Assembly (NCBI RefSeq): GCF_037042905.1
Contig: NC_087263.1
Coordinates: 9,984,001-10,048,000, forward strand
DNA length: 64,000 bases
Origin: Lytechinus pictus
Lineage: Eukaryota
Reading direction: 5' to 3'
The notes below the pieces were generated by a model that was given only the letters and a program-made list of their open reading frames with translations, had not been told where the DNA came from and did no database searches. Within the stretch, counting starts at the first letter, position 1, and every line of letters starts with the position of its first letter. The translations under genes were made by a program, and so were the position numbers. Of this stretch, positions 37,271 through 51,300 are shown piece by piece.

Positions 37271-38710
37271 GGTAATCAACCATAAAGTTGGCTTCTTATA
37301 TAACTATATACACACACGTAAAATGATATTGAATTTGTTAATCTCAGTCCATGAATTTCGTAAACTTGGGTAAATTACTTTGTAAGCTTACATGCAAGCA
37401 GTTTCGCATTTTCCAAGTATAGAACATAAATATCGTATTTACCCTATTTATCAGTTACCGTTCTCACGGAAACCCATCATTCTTATACTATGCATGATTT
37501 ATCAAAAATATACTAAAGAGAAGAACTTAAAAACAGATTAAACATTACAAATGATCGTTATTGAACCTTGAATAACCAACTCCACATTATCTATACTATA
37601 CTCTGTCACAACGTCAAAATGCATTAAATTGTTTAAGATCGTGACGTAACTAGCGATCGGGTGTAGCGACCACAAACAGAATTCAATAAAAATACAGAGA
37701 CACATATTTCCAATGTATAATGCGATACGTGTCAGTTATTCTGGTAGAAAAATAATTTCTCAGTAATCATGCATTAGTAAATAAAACATAGCATTCTCTC
37801 AGTATTACGAACTACAACGCGTACGCATACACTTATCGACATTTGCTTATACATGCTGGCAGATTCCAGTGTAGGAGCCTATTTGATTCGAACAAGCATT
37901 CATGACTTCAAAATGAATAGTTGTCTAATACTAAGCTAAAACCTTCTTTAGAAGGGTATATACAAGCAATGATACAATTAAGTTTTTGTATGTCTATGAC
38001 AAAGGATGTACACAGGTTTATACAAAAAAAATAAATATTAAACGCATGATTATGTTGCATCCCCCTAATTAACCAATCTAGATCTCTCCACATCTATTCA
38101 CTGTGATGTGTTGGTTAAATCTTCTTTGGACTTATAGGTCACTGACACTGGGCTTACTTGATTTTGGTTGTAAATATGACTTACAAGATAATATATTCGC
38201 TAGGTTTGTGACATATAGTATAATGCAAACTTAAAGAACATTTATAAAGTAAATATATGTATAGATATATATATAGATATATAGAAGTGAAAACGAGTGG
38301 AAATAACTTGAGCTCTATATCAGCTCTGTATCACATCAGAATATCTACCTGAATATCTACCTTTTTACACTTTGTATCTGGAAGTGTGATGCATTCTCAC
38401 CTTTAGGAAGATCTTAGTCAACCAAGTCATGACCTGGATGTACTTTGGTGACATATAAGCGGACTTTGTAACATTTATTTGCTGAATTTTCTTACCTGCT
38501 TCTGTGAGTTATCTTCAACCCAGTCCCAGCATATACCTTTTGGAGTAGGGTTTATCTTTGCTTCAAGCCTAAGCTTACCTGGGACCTAATCCAGCATTGA
38601 TTTGAGGGGTCACTGTACTTCATCACTGACCTTTTGTGACATTGCCCTTTCATCCTGGATTATCTTTTGTATTGCATCGGATTAAACACTTGGAACCACC
38701 TCTCCACACA

Positions 38711-39454
38711 ATGCCTGAAACACGCTCTGATGCCATACTAAAGAGCCAAGTAAAGGAGGTTCTAATGGATGATGAAGTTCTATCAACTATTAAAAGAACC
38801 ATCTGTGAAGCAATGGATGTTAAACTCCAATCTTTGATTCTCAGACTGGATAAACAGGATGGTGTCATCATGGATCTTCAAAGTAAAATTGAAAACCTTG
38901 AGCATGATTTGAAGCATCTTCAGAAGCAGCGACAAACCTGTGAGGAAATAAATGTGAAGTTACAGCATTAATTAAATGATCAGGAACAGTATTCCCGAAG
39001 AAACTGTGTACGCATCTTTGGAGTCCCTGAACAAGAAAAGGAAAATACAACTGAGATGGTACGTGAGATCGCCAGGAAACATCTTGGAGTCAATCTCAAG
39101 GAGGAGGATATTGACAGATGTCATCGAGTTCGCCGGCGTATGGGACCACCAGAAGGGTTGCCAAGGAAACCGCGTGCAATTATTGTTAAACTCATTTCAT
39201 ACCGACTGCGAAGACTACTGCTACAAAATAAGAAGAAACTAAAAGAAAGCAATACTGGCTTCAGCATCTTTGAGGACTTGACTGTTACTAACAGATCACT
39301 TCTGTGGGAAGCCCAACGAGCTTGCAGAAAATCTGAAAGTAAGATCCAATCGGCTTGGTCGATGGATGGACGCATACTTGTAGCGGTCAAAACTTCAGAC
39401 AACAAATTGCTGAAGAGAGTGATACACTCTGTGAAAGACATTGATCATATATAA
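38711..39454 (+). pseudogene. LINE ORF1p with one in-frame TAA (38969-38971)
   Basis: MPETRS...coiled coil...KLQH*LNDQEQYSRRNCVRIFGVPE...IDRCHRV...IFEDLT...AWSMDG, all in one frame. Confidence 0.88.
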
Positions 39455-39825
39455 TCTTTCGAATACATAAGAACGCTGAAGAACATATTTGTACTTTTTT
39501 GCATACCGTTGAAATGGTTGTAGAAGTTTTTCTTTCTGAAGTCGCCTGATTAGTCATGTATATTCTTCTGAGAATATAGTGTCACCATTTAATCATGTCA
39601 TATTTTTGTAAATCTATAACTTTTTTTATTATATAATACATCCAAGGTTATTGACCTACATGTTTCATCTGCTTGTATTTTTCTCACTTTATATATTTGT
39701 ACGTTACTCTGATATTTCTATGCCTACTTGTTGTATATTAATGTTTATTTTTTATGTTATATTTGATTTCCTAATTGTTATTTTTATTTTTGCTGTGTAT
39801 GCTTTGAATGTTGATTGAAGTGTGA

Positions 39826-42800
39826 ATGTGTACATGCAAATACAACTGTATGGATATTCTCCAATATATTTTTCCTTTCAATGAAGTAAATGATGAAGAG
39901 TTTAAATGTATATTTTCTGAAGTGCAATATGATACCGTTGATAATGATAATTTTGATATGTTCTCGACATATATTGATTCTGATGAAAGTGGAATACTTG
40001 ATGATATTGATCCAGATAATAATTTTTTTACATTTGATAAACCTGTTAAGTACTGGCTCCCTATTGATTTCAATGATAATTCAGATTTTACCACTGATGA
40101 CAAACATAACTTTAGTATTCTCCATTTTAATTCCAGAAGTCTTAATAAAAATTATTTCGCTATTGATCAATTTCTTAATCAAATTAAGTTAAAATTTTCT
40201 ATATATGGTTTTAGTGAAACCTGGATTAATGAAAATACCCCGTTATTATTTAATAGAGATAATTATACTTTTTATCATAATGACAGACAAGGTAGGAAAG
40301 GTGGGGGTGTTGCACTTTTGGTTAATAATTCACTTAATGTTAAAGTAAGGGAGGATATATCTTTACCAGAAACCATTTGTGAATCTCTTTTTATTGAAAT
40401 TATTTCGGATAGTTCAAAAAATATTATTGTTGGTATTATATATAGAAACCCTAATAAACCCATTCTTGAATTTAATGAAAATTTCAATAGTTGTCTTGGA
40501 ACAATATCCACAGAAAATAAATCTATTTTTTTAATGGGTGATTATAATGTAGATCTTCTTAAATATAATACTTGTCAACACATTAATGATTTTGTAAACA
40601 TTATGTATAATAATTCTCTTCGTCCATTAATTGACAAACCAACAAGAATTTGTAAACGGTCTGTAACATTGATTGATAACATATTCACAAATGTAGTCGA
40701 CAAAGATATTCATTCTGGTGTTTTTTTATAGTGGAATAACTGATCATTTACCCATTTTCCAAATAACCAACCTTTCTATTAAATTATACAAAGAACCAAC
40801 GTCTTTATTTTATGTAAAACTTACAGATCCATCAAGTTTAAGTTCATTTAAGAAAGATTTAGCTACTTTAGAATGGAACGAAGTATTCTCAGCATGTGAT
40901 GTAGATAATGCATATAACTCCTTTATAAATTTATTTAAAACTACGTATAAACATAATTTTGCTCCCCGTAAAATAAAGAGAAAGAATACCCCACGAAAAC
41001 CTTGGGTTACGCCTTCACTTCTAAAATGTATAAATAAAAGGCATAGATTATATAAAATATTTTGCAAAAAAAGAAATAATATCAGTGAAAATAAATATAA
41101 ACATTATAGAAATAAATTGAACTCCATTTTACAGTCTGCGAGGAAAACCTATTTTAGTGATTTATTACAAAAGAATAGAAACAAGATGTCTAAAACCTGG
41201 GAAGTTATTAATAATCTATTAGGAAAGAAAAGAAAATGTCAATATCCTAGTTATTTTTTTAAAGAAGAAAGAAAGTTAACAGATCCTCAATCGATAGTAA
41301 ATGAATTTAATTCATATTTTTCTAGCATTGCTGTCAAACTCAAATCTCAACATATTAAAAACCCTAAGTGCCATTTTAGTTCCTTTTTAAAAGTCCCTTG
41401 CAATAATTCCATATTTTTTCACCCAACCAATGAATCAGAGGTTTTAAATATAGTTAAATGTATAAATTCTTCCAAAAGCCAAGATTTCGAAGGACTTACG
41501 CAATATACTATTAAACATGTTATCCATTTTATTGTTAAACCCATTGTACATATTTGTAATCTGTCCTTTTTATCTGGTAAGGTTCCTATGAACTTCAAAG
41601 TAGGAAAAATTATACCCATATTTAAGAAAGGGGATCCCCATATATTTTCTAACTATCGCCCTATAACTTTGCTCCCTTGTTTTTCTAAGATATTAGAAAA
41701 ATTGATTTACAATAGGGTTTTTAATCATATAAATAGATATAATCTCCTTGATGACTCTCAGTACGGTTTTAGAAAACAATCCTCCTGTGCACATGCTTTA
41801 ATTGACCTTCATGATTACACCCAAAATAAATTAACAAACAAAGTTCATACATTAGGCTTATTTCTTGATCTATCTAAAGCGTTTGATGTCATCAACCATG
41901 ATATTCTCCTCTGTAAATTACAGTTTGTTGGTATACGTGGTGTAGCCTTACAGTGGTTTAAGAATTATTTGAGTAATCGTTTCCATTTCACATGTTATAA
42001 TAATTTTGTTTCCGATAGAAAGAGGATCCAGTGTGGAGTCCCACAGGGCTCTATACTGGGTCCTCTCCTTTTCTTGATCTATATAAATGATCTGAGCTCT
42101 TCTTCATCCTTTTTTCGTTTTATACTGTTTGCCGACGATACCAACTTAATTGCATGTCATAAAGATTTCAATAGATTAATATTACAGGTAAATAGAGAAT
42201 TAGAAAATGTTATACAATGGTTTGATGCTAATGAATTAATCATAAACAATGACAAAACGTGTGTATTATATTTTAATAGAAAATCCCACCCATATAATTG
42301 TAAGGATATTAGAATACTTATAAACCATGTTAATTTGAATGTGTGTACTTCAGTTAAATTTTTAGGAATAATTCTTGATGATACTTTATCTTTCCAGGAC
42401 CATCGTCAATATATTGCAAACAAAATATCTAAAAACATTGGTATACTCCGTAAATTACGTATATCCCTACCTCAAAATGTATTATTTATGTTGTATAACT
42501 GTTTAATTTTACCATACTTATATTATTGTACCATTACCTGGGCAGCAGTGGGTAAAACTAAATTAGAATTTTTATACAAACTGCAAAAGAAAGCTCTTAG
42601 AATATGTACAAATTCTCATTTTCAAGCTCACTCTCGTCCTTTATTTTTTAGGTTACAAACACTTACGATTTATGATATATATACATTCCAAATTGCCATA
42701 ATGATGTTTAATGTTAATAATAGTATTGCACCTAAAATAATTTGTCAAATGTTTACTCTTAATAAATCTATCCATTCCCATAATACCCGCTCATGTATAA

Positions 42801-42964
42801 AATACCATTACCCAAAGGTTTCGTCTCAGTCCTTACTCAACTCTCTTAGACACAACGGTCCCCGTATTTGGAACAATTTACCTAATAATTTTATGTCATG
42901 CACTACATTGTCATCTTTTAAGGTCTTATTGAAGAGACAGCTCGTCTCTTCCTATTCCTTGTAA
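39826..42964 (+). pseudogene. LINE ORF2p (APE + RT) with a single frameshift in a T-run at ~40725
   Basis: FPFN, DIDPD, HFNSRSL, SETW, MGDYN, LIDNIF, TDH; YRPITLLP, FLDLSKAFD, GVPQGSILGP, FADD. Confidence 0.93.
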
Positions 42965-43239
42965 CTCTATTTTAAGTACCTATGTATCATGCGTGTGATG
43001 GTGTGTGTGTGTGTGTGTGTGTGATGGTGTGTGTGTGTTTATATTATATCGTAACATGTGTTTCTTTTCCCTGTTTTGGGGGACTATGACTCACAAGTTT
43101 TTTAAACTTTCATATTAGTCTCCAATTTCATTCATTAGATTAAATCTCGATTGTTGCATGTTACTTTGTATATATTTTATGATTTTATGATTGAAATAAA
43201 ATTGAAATTGAATTGGAAAAAAAAAATGTATAAATATAT

Positions 43240-43405
43240 GTATAGATCACTTCATTATTATCATGATTATACCGTAATTGTTTTTGTAATTTCTTGACTC
43301 TTTTGTAACATTACTTTTTTGTTGATTTTATGTATATTTTTATGCTCTTTTGTAAAACATTTGTCAATTCAGCTTAACAAGCTGCGATCATATGTTTTAA
43401 TAAAT
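43240..43405 (+). mobile_element. Separate LINE 3'-tail remnant
   Basis: cagc-ttaacaa-gctg stem, AATAAA, (TCTTGAA)3 tail. Confidence 0.55.
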
Positions 43406-44367
43406 CTTGAATCTTGAATCTTGAATTACATGATATTCATTAAATATAATACAATATCGCATAATATGCAGGCACAAATTAAAACTCCATCGAAATTTTA
43501 ACTTTTGATATGAATAATACGTAACATGTGCACATCTATCCAGTGATGCTACTCATGCACTGTACAATTTTAGACAAATCAAGTTACTTAAATGGTGATT
43601 AGTAAAACAAGTTCAGACGAAATATTATACACAATCCGATTCTCTCTAAACAAACTTAAAGCAAAGAGACAGTACATCATCTAACCAGAATAACATATGC
43701 CTACAATATAAGATTGTTCCACTCCCATTTTCGGGGAACAATACAAACGGGCTTAATATTTCAGCAAGTGCCAATCACCACAAAATCTGTTCAAGATCTT
43801 AAACATGTTAAATGGATATCAACAAAATACATGTGAAGGCTTCAATTATAGGGGCAATCGTGCCTAATTTCTGGTCCGTTAAAATGTTGAATGGTCGATT
43901 GTTGCTTATTGTTGAATATTTTATTTTGTATTCCTTTGTGGACCAGGTTTAACCAACGTTGTGTAATCATTAGCCTCTTCTTGACTGAATTTATAGTGAA
44001 AGTCCTGAAGTGACATGAGATTTCAAGACCTTGCTCTCAACTGCTTTAATAAAACTAAAAGTTTCCCTAAACTGATTCAGAAAAACATTTTGGAATATAA
44101 GTGGAACGATCTCAGTTTCGAACGAAATTTGAACCCGCATTATAAATATTCAACACTGCACAACATATGCGAGGATCGCTCCCCGAAAAACGGTTATGTC
44201 TTCTCCTTCACTTAAACAAGTTTAACTAGGCAAAGCGATTTTGAAAAATACATCGTAAGTCGGTTTTCCGACCGTTTTGGAAGGTCGCTTTTCTAAAACC
44301 GCTTTAAGTGCTCATATAACACAATAAACTAGTTTCAACTAAACAAGTCACGAGAAGGGGTCCATGA

Positions 44368-45309
44368 CTAACACATGATCACAACGGCAAGAAGATACAT
44401 GAGCAGGTACAGAAAGTGCCAATGTGATAGAACCATGAATGATCTGCGAGCTCCAGACCCTACATCCGAATCTGCGTAGGTTTGAGGTGTCGGGTCAGCA
44501 GGCCTATTGGATTGTTCACTAACAGTCTTGCCCCTACAGGTATTCTTCTCTGTACTGGGAATACCAGAATGTCCAGGGGGCCACTCAAAGTCGTTGCAGG
44601 TTGCGGCACCTACGGTGGATGTTATGTCATGTGAACAGCATGAGAAATGGGTTATATCGGGTAGGAAGAATATACCTCTGGTGGTGTGCCCATTATCTGT
44701 AATGTTATGCACTTTGGCGAGATCCCGGTCGTTCTGGAAGCACGTCAGTATAGTTGGTTTACTTCCGGTCTTGGCCCAACAATGTACTTCATACGGATAC
44801 TCACTATCACTCAAAGTGATTGAGCAATATGCCGGACCGGGAGGACGCTGTACAACAACCTCCTTCTTCTGAGTATCATACAGAACGTTTTCCAAACTAT
44901 GCCACACTCCGGTGAGTATGTACCGATCTTCATCTACGGTGTCAACGTTATCTATTGTCATATTCACACAGGCAGATGTATCTTTGTCTGCGACAGTGGT
45001 AGTGAATCTAGAGACTTGAGCTGGTTCTTTGAAGCCATCAATTTCATTTAGTCCATCGATGCAGAAAGGACGTCGTTTCGATTCGAACTGGATTGTGTAA
45101 AAAAGAGAAAACTGGAGTGTACTGGATGGACGCTCGAGATAGAATGTGACTACGCCACGTGTACCTGCTTCCAACGTAACCGGTTCGGAGAGCCTTAAGT
45201 TGCCTGCTACGAGTATTGGAAAACAGGCAAAGTAGAAGACCAAAGCGAGAATCGCCTGATGGAGGAGGGTCGGGATCGAAAAACAATTATCATTGTTTCG
45301 ACGTTCGCT
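44368..45309 (-). CDS. Coding exon 8: hydrophobic segment, Ig-like domain, Cys-rich domain, S/T/P spacer, hydrophobic C-terminus
   Basis: ttcttacag|AGC, 313 aa open; TLLHQAILALVFYFACFPILVAG; V-set-like MTIDNVDTVDEDRY; ends SGARRSFMVLSHWHFLYLLMYLLAVVIMC*. Confidence 0.85.
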   Translation of the reverse strand, partial: SERRNNDNCFSIPTLLHQAILALVFYFACFPILVAGNLRLSEPVTLEAGTRGVVTFYLERPSSTLQFSLFYTIQFESKRRPFCIDGLNEIDGFKEPAQVSRFTTTVADKDTSACVNMTIDNVDTVDEDRYILTGVWHSLENVLYDTQKKEVVVQRPPGPAYCSITLSDSEYPYEVHCWAKTGSKPTILTCFQNDRDLAKVHNITDNGHTTRGIFFLPDITHFSCCSHDITSTVGAATCNDFEWPPGHSGIPSTEKNTCRGKTVSEQSNRPADPTPQTYADSDVGSGARRSFMVLSHWHFLYLLMYLLAVVIMC

Positions 45310-48300
45310 CTGTAAGAAAGATATGATAGCATACGTGAATTAGTCATGTCGTGAATTCGGAGGGTCATTTAAATTACACCGTTTTTCACAAGTCGTCTAC
45401 TTTTATATTATGATCTCTTATTTTGTAAATGAAACGGTATATAATTCATGCCGTGCTGCAAATGATCGAGCAATTTGCATAAAGTCTATGAAAATAGATA
45501 ATGAATTTCATTGTTCCATGTTATAAATCTGCAATAATTCAATCATCAAATAATTCAAAACCCCAGTCAAAATATCACAATCAAAACGAAACGTATCAAT
45601 AAAACAAGATAGCTAGGACAAAGGATTGCATAAAACTTGCAATTAAATGCACCTTGAGTTTGAAATAAACACAAGCGTGCTATTACAAATATTTTAGGAC
45701 ATGCAATTGATTTCTTAATTGCATCGGATCACAACGATTTACGTAAAACCCGGGTCTTTGTGGTCCTACTATTCCAGGCTATCTTGTGAAAGGTTACCTT
45801 TATTCCCGGTTTTGGATCTACTGCGTCGTTTTCACTGGTGATAGGCAAATCATCAGTAGCTGGTACCTCACCTCCATGAAGTTGTATTTTTGGTTTGGAG
45901 ACACAAGACACACTGAAACGTAGTAAGAAATGTAATAGGTTATATGCACATTTGGGTGGTTGTCTATTTTTTTAGGTGATTTTCTTAAAAACACGTTAGA
46001 CGAAGACATTTGCGAATGTTGTCTAATTAAATTAACTGTCGGTATATTGAATGTACTCCTTAGATTCTCCTGGCGGATTATTATCATTGGACTAGTATTT
46101 TGCTAATATTTTTCTTTACATGCTTGATTTTATTTTTCATCTGGCCCTGCTTTTTGTGTAATTTTCATATATCTACTTTTATTGATGTATATGCAGGGCC
46201 GTAGTCTTTTCTTGAGGGGTGTCTTTTTGTCAGGCCTTAATGCTTATGACTGTCATCTCCCATGAAATGACTGTTATTTATTGTTATTTTACCTTGAGAT
46301 ATTGTCTATTAATTTTTTGTTGTAGGTTTAACTGTTGCATGGAAACAAAATAATCATTCAATAATACATTTACATGTATGTGTGTACATTCATTCATTCA
46401 TGTGGTAGAGTTAACAGTAGTATGTTCCGGACTTCAGGGTATCAGACGCGATTAGCAGCTATTGCCATTGTGTGCCCCCTTTTAACAAAGATGTTATTTT
46501 CTTGCTTGTACATCAGTAATATTGTCTTTATATATTTTTTCCAACTTGAACTACTACATGTAAGATAAGTAATGGTGGTATATTTATGTATCATACTCTT
46601 ACCGTATCGGACAACAAGCAAAGAAGAAGGCTAAAGCGAGAATCACCCGATTGAGGAGGGTCAGGATCGAAAAACAATTCGTATTGTTTCGATGTTCACT
46701 CTGCAAGAAGAGTATAAGATAGAAAAAAGGAATTAGTCATGTGAATTCGGAGGAGTATTTAAAATACACTTTTTTCACACGTGGTATTCTTTTCTACATG
46801 ATCTGGTACTTTGTAAATCAAACGGTACATAAGTTAGTCCAGCCTGCAAAGGTCTGAGAGATCTGGACAAATTGAAAGAAAACTTCACTACACTAGTGCA
46901 CGCGGAACATCTCTAGATTCAAGACTCAAGTCTCACAGAAAACTTTCACTTCACATCAACATCGATAAGTTAACAACTAATTAAGTCTACAATCAATATT
47001 TCAGAAGATTGCCTAAAACTTGCAATTACATGCAATTTGAGTTTCAAATATACAGGGGGACACTTTTAAAAATGGTAAGGACGTGCCCTTGATTTCTAAT
47101 TGCATTGGATCAGAACGATTTGTGCAACATCTCGATCTTTGTGGCTGTCCTGTTCCAGGCACTCCTGTAAACAATTACCTTTATTCCTGATTTTGGATTT
47201 ACTGCGTCGTTTTCATTGGTCATTCCGGTGACAGGAAAATCATCAGTATCTGGTACCTCACCTCCATGAAGTTGTGTTTTTGGTATGGAGATACAAGACA
47301 GACTGAAACATAATAAGAAATATAATAGGTTATACACAATCAGGATGGTTTTCTCTTTCCGAAGTGAATATAAAAAAGATAGACGAAGACATTTGTAAGT
47401 CAAGATTTATGTATTGTAGGTAAAAAAGCCTCACGCTTTTAGTCTTACCGTGTATAACGAAGAGTTGTCGTGATAATGTAGCCGAGATTCTGAGGATAAA
47501 ACATAAAACTATCATGTTCAAGTGAGGTAATGTATTGCGTAGGTAGTTGTCTTTTAAAACTAGGCCTAGTGGATTATGCAATTATCTGAATTATCTACAA
47601 TTATTAGGTTAATTGCAAAGATGCATAATAAACCCTCGCAGGGGAACCAATAGTGACATCATTCTTCATTGTGAAACTAAAATGTTTTACGACATGAACT
47701 TGGTATCCAAGTTGCATTGGATCATAACGATTTGTGCATCACAGGGATTTGTGTGGCTGTCCTATTCCCGGCAATCTAGTGAAATGTTACCTTTGTTCCC
47801 GGTTTTGGATCTACTGCATCGTTTTCACTGGTGATAGGCAAATCATCAGTAGCTGGTACCTCACCTCCAGGAAGTAGGGGTTTTGGTTTGGCGACACCTG
47901 ACTCACTGAAACATAAAAAGAAATTGAATAGGTTATACACAATTTGGGGCGATTTTCTTTTCCTGAGCTACTTGAATATCTTAAAAAAAGCTAGAAGGCA
48001 TTCGTAACAAATGTAAGATAAGGTAAGGTGTTAGAATCTCAAACCACAAGTTCTTACCGTGTAGGGCGAATAGTTGTCTTGATATGTCGGGAAAGGCTAT
48101 CAGGGCTCATTCGCCAGGAATTCTGTTGGTGAAAAATAAAAGTATCATGTTAAAGTGTGGGATTGCGTAGTTGTCTTTTAAATCTAGGCCAAAATGATTA
48201 TTCAATTATCTAATAAAATGGTAATTTGTTACATTAGATTGAATGCAAAGATGAATGATAAACCCAGACTTGAGACCATTGTTCTAAATATTTCAAAAGG

Positions 48301-51300
48301 CTGCATTAATATTGGAAAATAAATATCAATAGAAAGAGAATTGATGTAGTACAATTTAATATTCAAAGGATTGAACTTTCAATTAAATCAAATAATTCTA
48401 ATTACTTATTAAATCATTGTTTTACTGCATTCTAGAAAAATAAATTTAGAGAAGCGGGTAGTATACTTACTTGCGTAGAAACAGGTACCGTTACCTCATG
48501 GACACCTAATGACATGTGGTAGCAGGACTCCCCATTAGTACCAGACAATCTGTCACAAGCGGACACCTTAGAAATCCCAGAGCCTCGGAACACTTCTTGG
48601 CAATTTCCGTCAAGTCGAAGACACTTTTCTGTATCATTATGCCGTTCATCTTGCACTTCCGCTCTCAACCGAATGATAATTTTTTGGCCATCTTCATGAC
48701 CTGCATCTTCAGCTGCTTGGAGTGATGTTATTCCATCTGTCTTCTTTGTGTCTTTATGCAGTTCATCTTTCACGTCTGCTTTTAACCTGATGAGAAATTG
48801 TTTGACATCTTCATGACCTCCATCTTCTGCTGCTTGAAGTGGTGTCATACCATCTGCATCTTTGGCATTAGTGTCTGCTCCATTTTCTACCAGGTAGGTA
48901 ACTACAGGCAAGTGTCCTTCTTGTGCCGCTGCATGGACTGGTGTCCATTCGTTTCTGTCAGCCTGATTAATACAGGCACCTTGGGTAACCAGCATTTCTA
49001 CAGAATCCATGTCACCATTGTAACTAGCTGCCAAAAGCGGAGATTTGCCATTGTGTGTTTCGCCATTTACATCACACCCTGTCATAGCAAAATAGTTTAC
49101 TAAGTGTGTGTAACCATGCTGGGCAGCAATATACAGAACAGTCATTCCTTTGAACCCCGTTTTCGTAGCTCCATTGCAAATCAGATATCGTACAACATCC
49201 ACCTTGCCACCGCAGACTGCAGCGTGTAATGGAGCCCAGCCATTGTCGGCCATTTTGTTCACATTTGATCCATGATTGATGAGCTTTTCGACGATCTCAA
49301 GTGAACCATTGGCTGCAGCAGCATGAAGAGGAATACGCCCAGTGCCATTATCCTCATTCACATCAGCGTCATTGCAAAGGAGAAGATCGACTATATCCAA
49401 GTGACCTGCAGATGATGCGATGGATAGTGGTGTCCTTCCTCTAAACTTGGTTAGCTTGGCGCCCTTCTCCAACAAATACTGCACGATAAACAAGTTCCCG
49501 CTTTGAAGTGCTTCATGCATCGGGGTCCATCCATCGGAGTCGCCCTTGTTCACATCTGACCCTTGCTCAACTAGATAGTGGACAAGTTCGATATCACCTT
49601 TCATAGCTGCACTATGGAGAGGAATCCGACCCAAATTGTCTTCATCATTCACATTAGCCACTCCGTGATTAAGGTGTTTGACGATATCAAAGTGACCACT
49701 TTGAGCTGCAATGTGAAGAGAAGTCATTCCTCTACATTTGATGTCTATCGCCCCTTTCCACATGAGATACCTAACGACTTCCAGGTGGCCATTTTGGACC
49801 GCTGCGTGAAGTGGCGTCCATCCGTCAATGTCAGTCTTGTTCAAATCCGATCCGTTCTCGATGAGAGTTTCAACGACTTGGATTCTGCCAGTGGCAGCAG
49901 CAGCGTGAAGAGGAATCTGCCCTCTGTGACTCTCCGCATTTACTGAAATTCCTCTTGAAATCAGAACGTTTACTGCATCCAAGTGGCCAAGTCGAGATGC
50001 CATGTACAGTAAACTCTCTTCCTTACATTGGTTCGCTTTAGCTCCATTCGCAAGCAGATAGTCTATGACCTCACAATTGCTATTCTTAATTGCATACTCC
50101 AACGGGGTCCAGCCTTTCTCATCGCACCCATTTATATCAAACCCTTGATGCACGAGATAGCGCACGTTGTCTAAGTCATCATGGGAAGCTGCCAAATGAA
50201 GTGAAATGCGATTCATGAAGAACCTGACGATATCCAAATGACCAGATGCTACTGCTCCATAGAGTGAGGCCGTTTCATCAAATCTCCCATCCGCAAGATA
50301 CTTGACGGTATCCAAATGGCCATGTATAGCTGCCAAAGCTAATGGTGTAGAACCTGTGTTGTCGAATTCTTTCTTGTGGCAGTTTTTATCTGCAAGATAT
50401 TTGACGGTTTCAAGTCGACCTTTTGCAGCTGCAATGTGGAGAGGGGCGTAACCACGATGATCTTGTTTGCCAATTTTCGATCCTTGTTCAATGAGATACT
50501 TCACGACGCCCAAGTGACCCCCGCGGGCTGCCACGTGGAGAGGAGTTTGTCCACTGACGTCGAGCTCACTGGCATCAGCTCCCATCTTGATGAAATATCG
50601 GAGTATGTTTAGGTGACCATGGATAGCTGCCAAGTGCAGAACACCTTTTCCATCATACTTGGTGATTTTGGCTTGCTGCGTTACGAGATAATCAAGTACA
50701 TCCAAATGACCATTTAAAACTGCCCCGTGGACTGGTGTGAAATCTTCGTGATCTTCCTTATTTATGTCACATCCTTCTTCGACGAGACATTTGGCAATGT
50801 CAAGGTATCCCTTCAAAGCTGCTACGTGGAGAGGATTTTGTCCGATGCTGTTTTCCTCGTTCACTTTGCCGCCTCTGGAAATAAAAAGCTTGACCAGATC
50901 TAGGCTGCCAAACGATGCTGACGCAAAGAGGAGACTATCTCCTCCATAAGGAGTCTCCTCAGCCCCTTTCTCGAGGAGATAGTTGACAATATTGGAATGG
51001 CCATTTCTCACTGCATGATGAAGAACTGTTAGACCCATGTCATCTTCTACATTTATGTCCCATGTCTCATGTACTAGGATTTTAAAGATGTGAATGTTCC
51101 CAGCTGCAGCTGCCATGTGTAAAGGGGTTCTTCCACGAATATCCCGTTTGTAAATATCTGCTCCGTTCAAACTAAGAAACAATGCAGAGAGATATTGATT
51201 GTTGTGCACAGCAGCATGAAGAGCTGTCTGACCCAGACCACATTCGGCATCCACATCTGCTCCCTGCTTCACGAGGAGTTTTACGATATCCTCATGTCCT

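Larger units (their letters stand above)
38290..43226 (+). mobile_element. Full-length L2-group (Crack/Daphne-like) LINE
   Basis: ORF1 plus ORF2, 3' UTR and an (ATTGAA)n/A tail; 5' boundary approximate. Confidence 0.9.

Noticed and set aside
44368..45243. Stand-alone secreted protein starting at TTG 45243
   Set aside because: No ATG; the frame is open back to a strong acceptor at 45309, so it is better explained as the last exon of the ankyrin gene.
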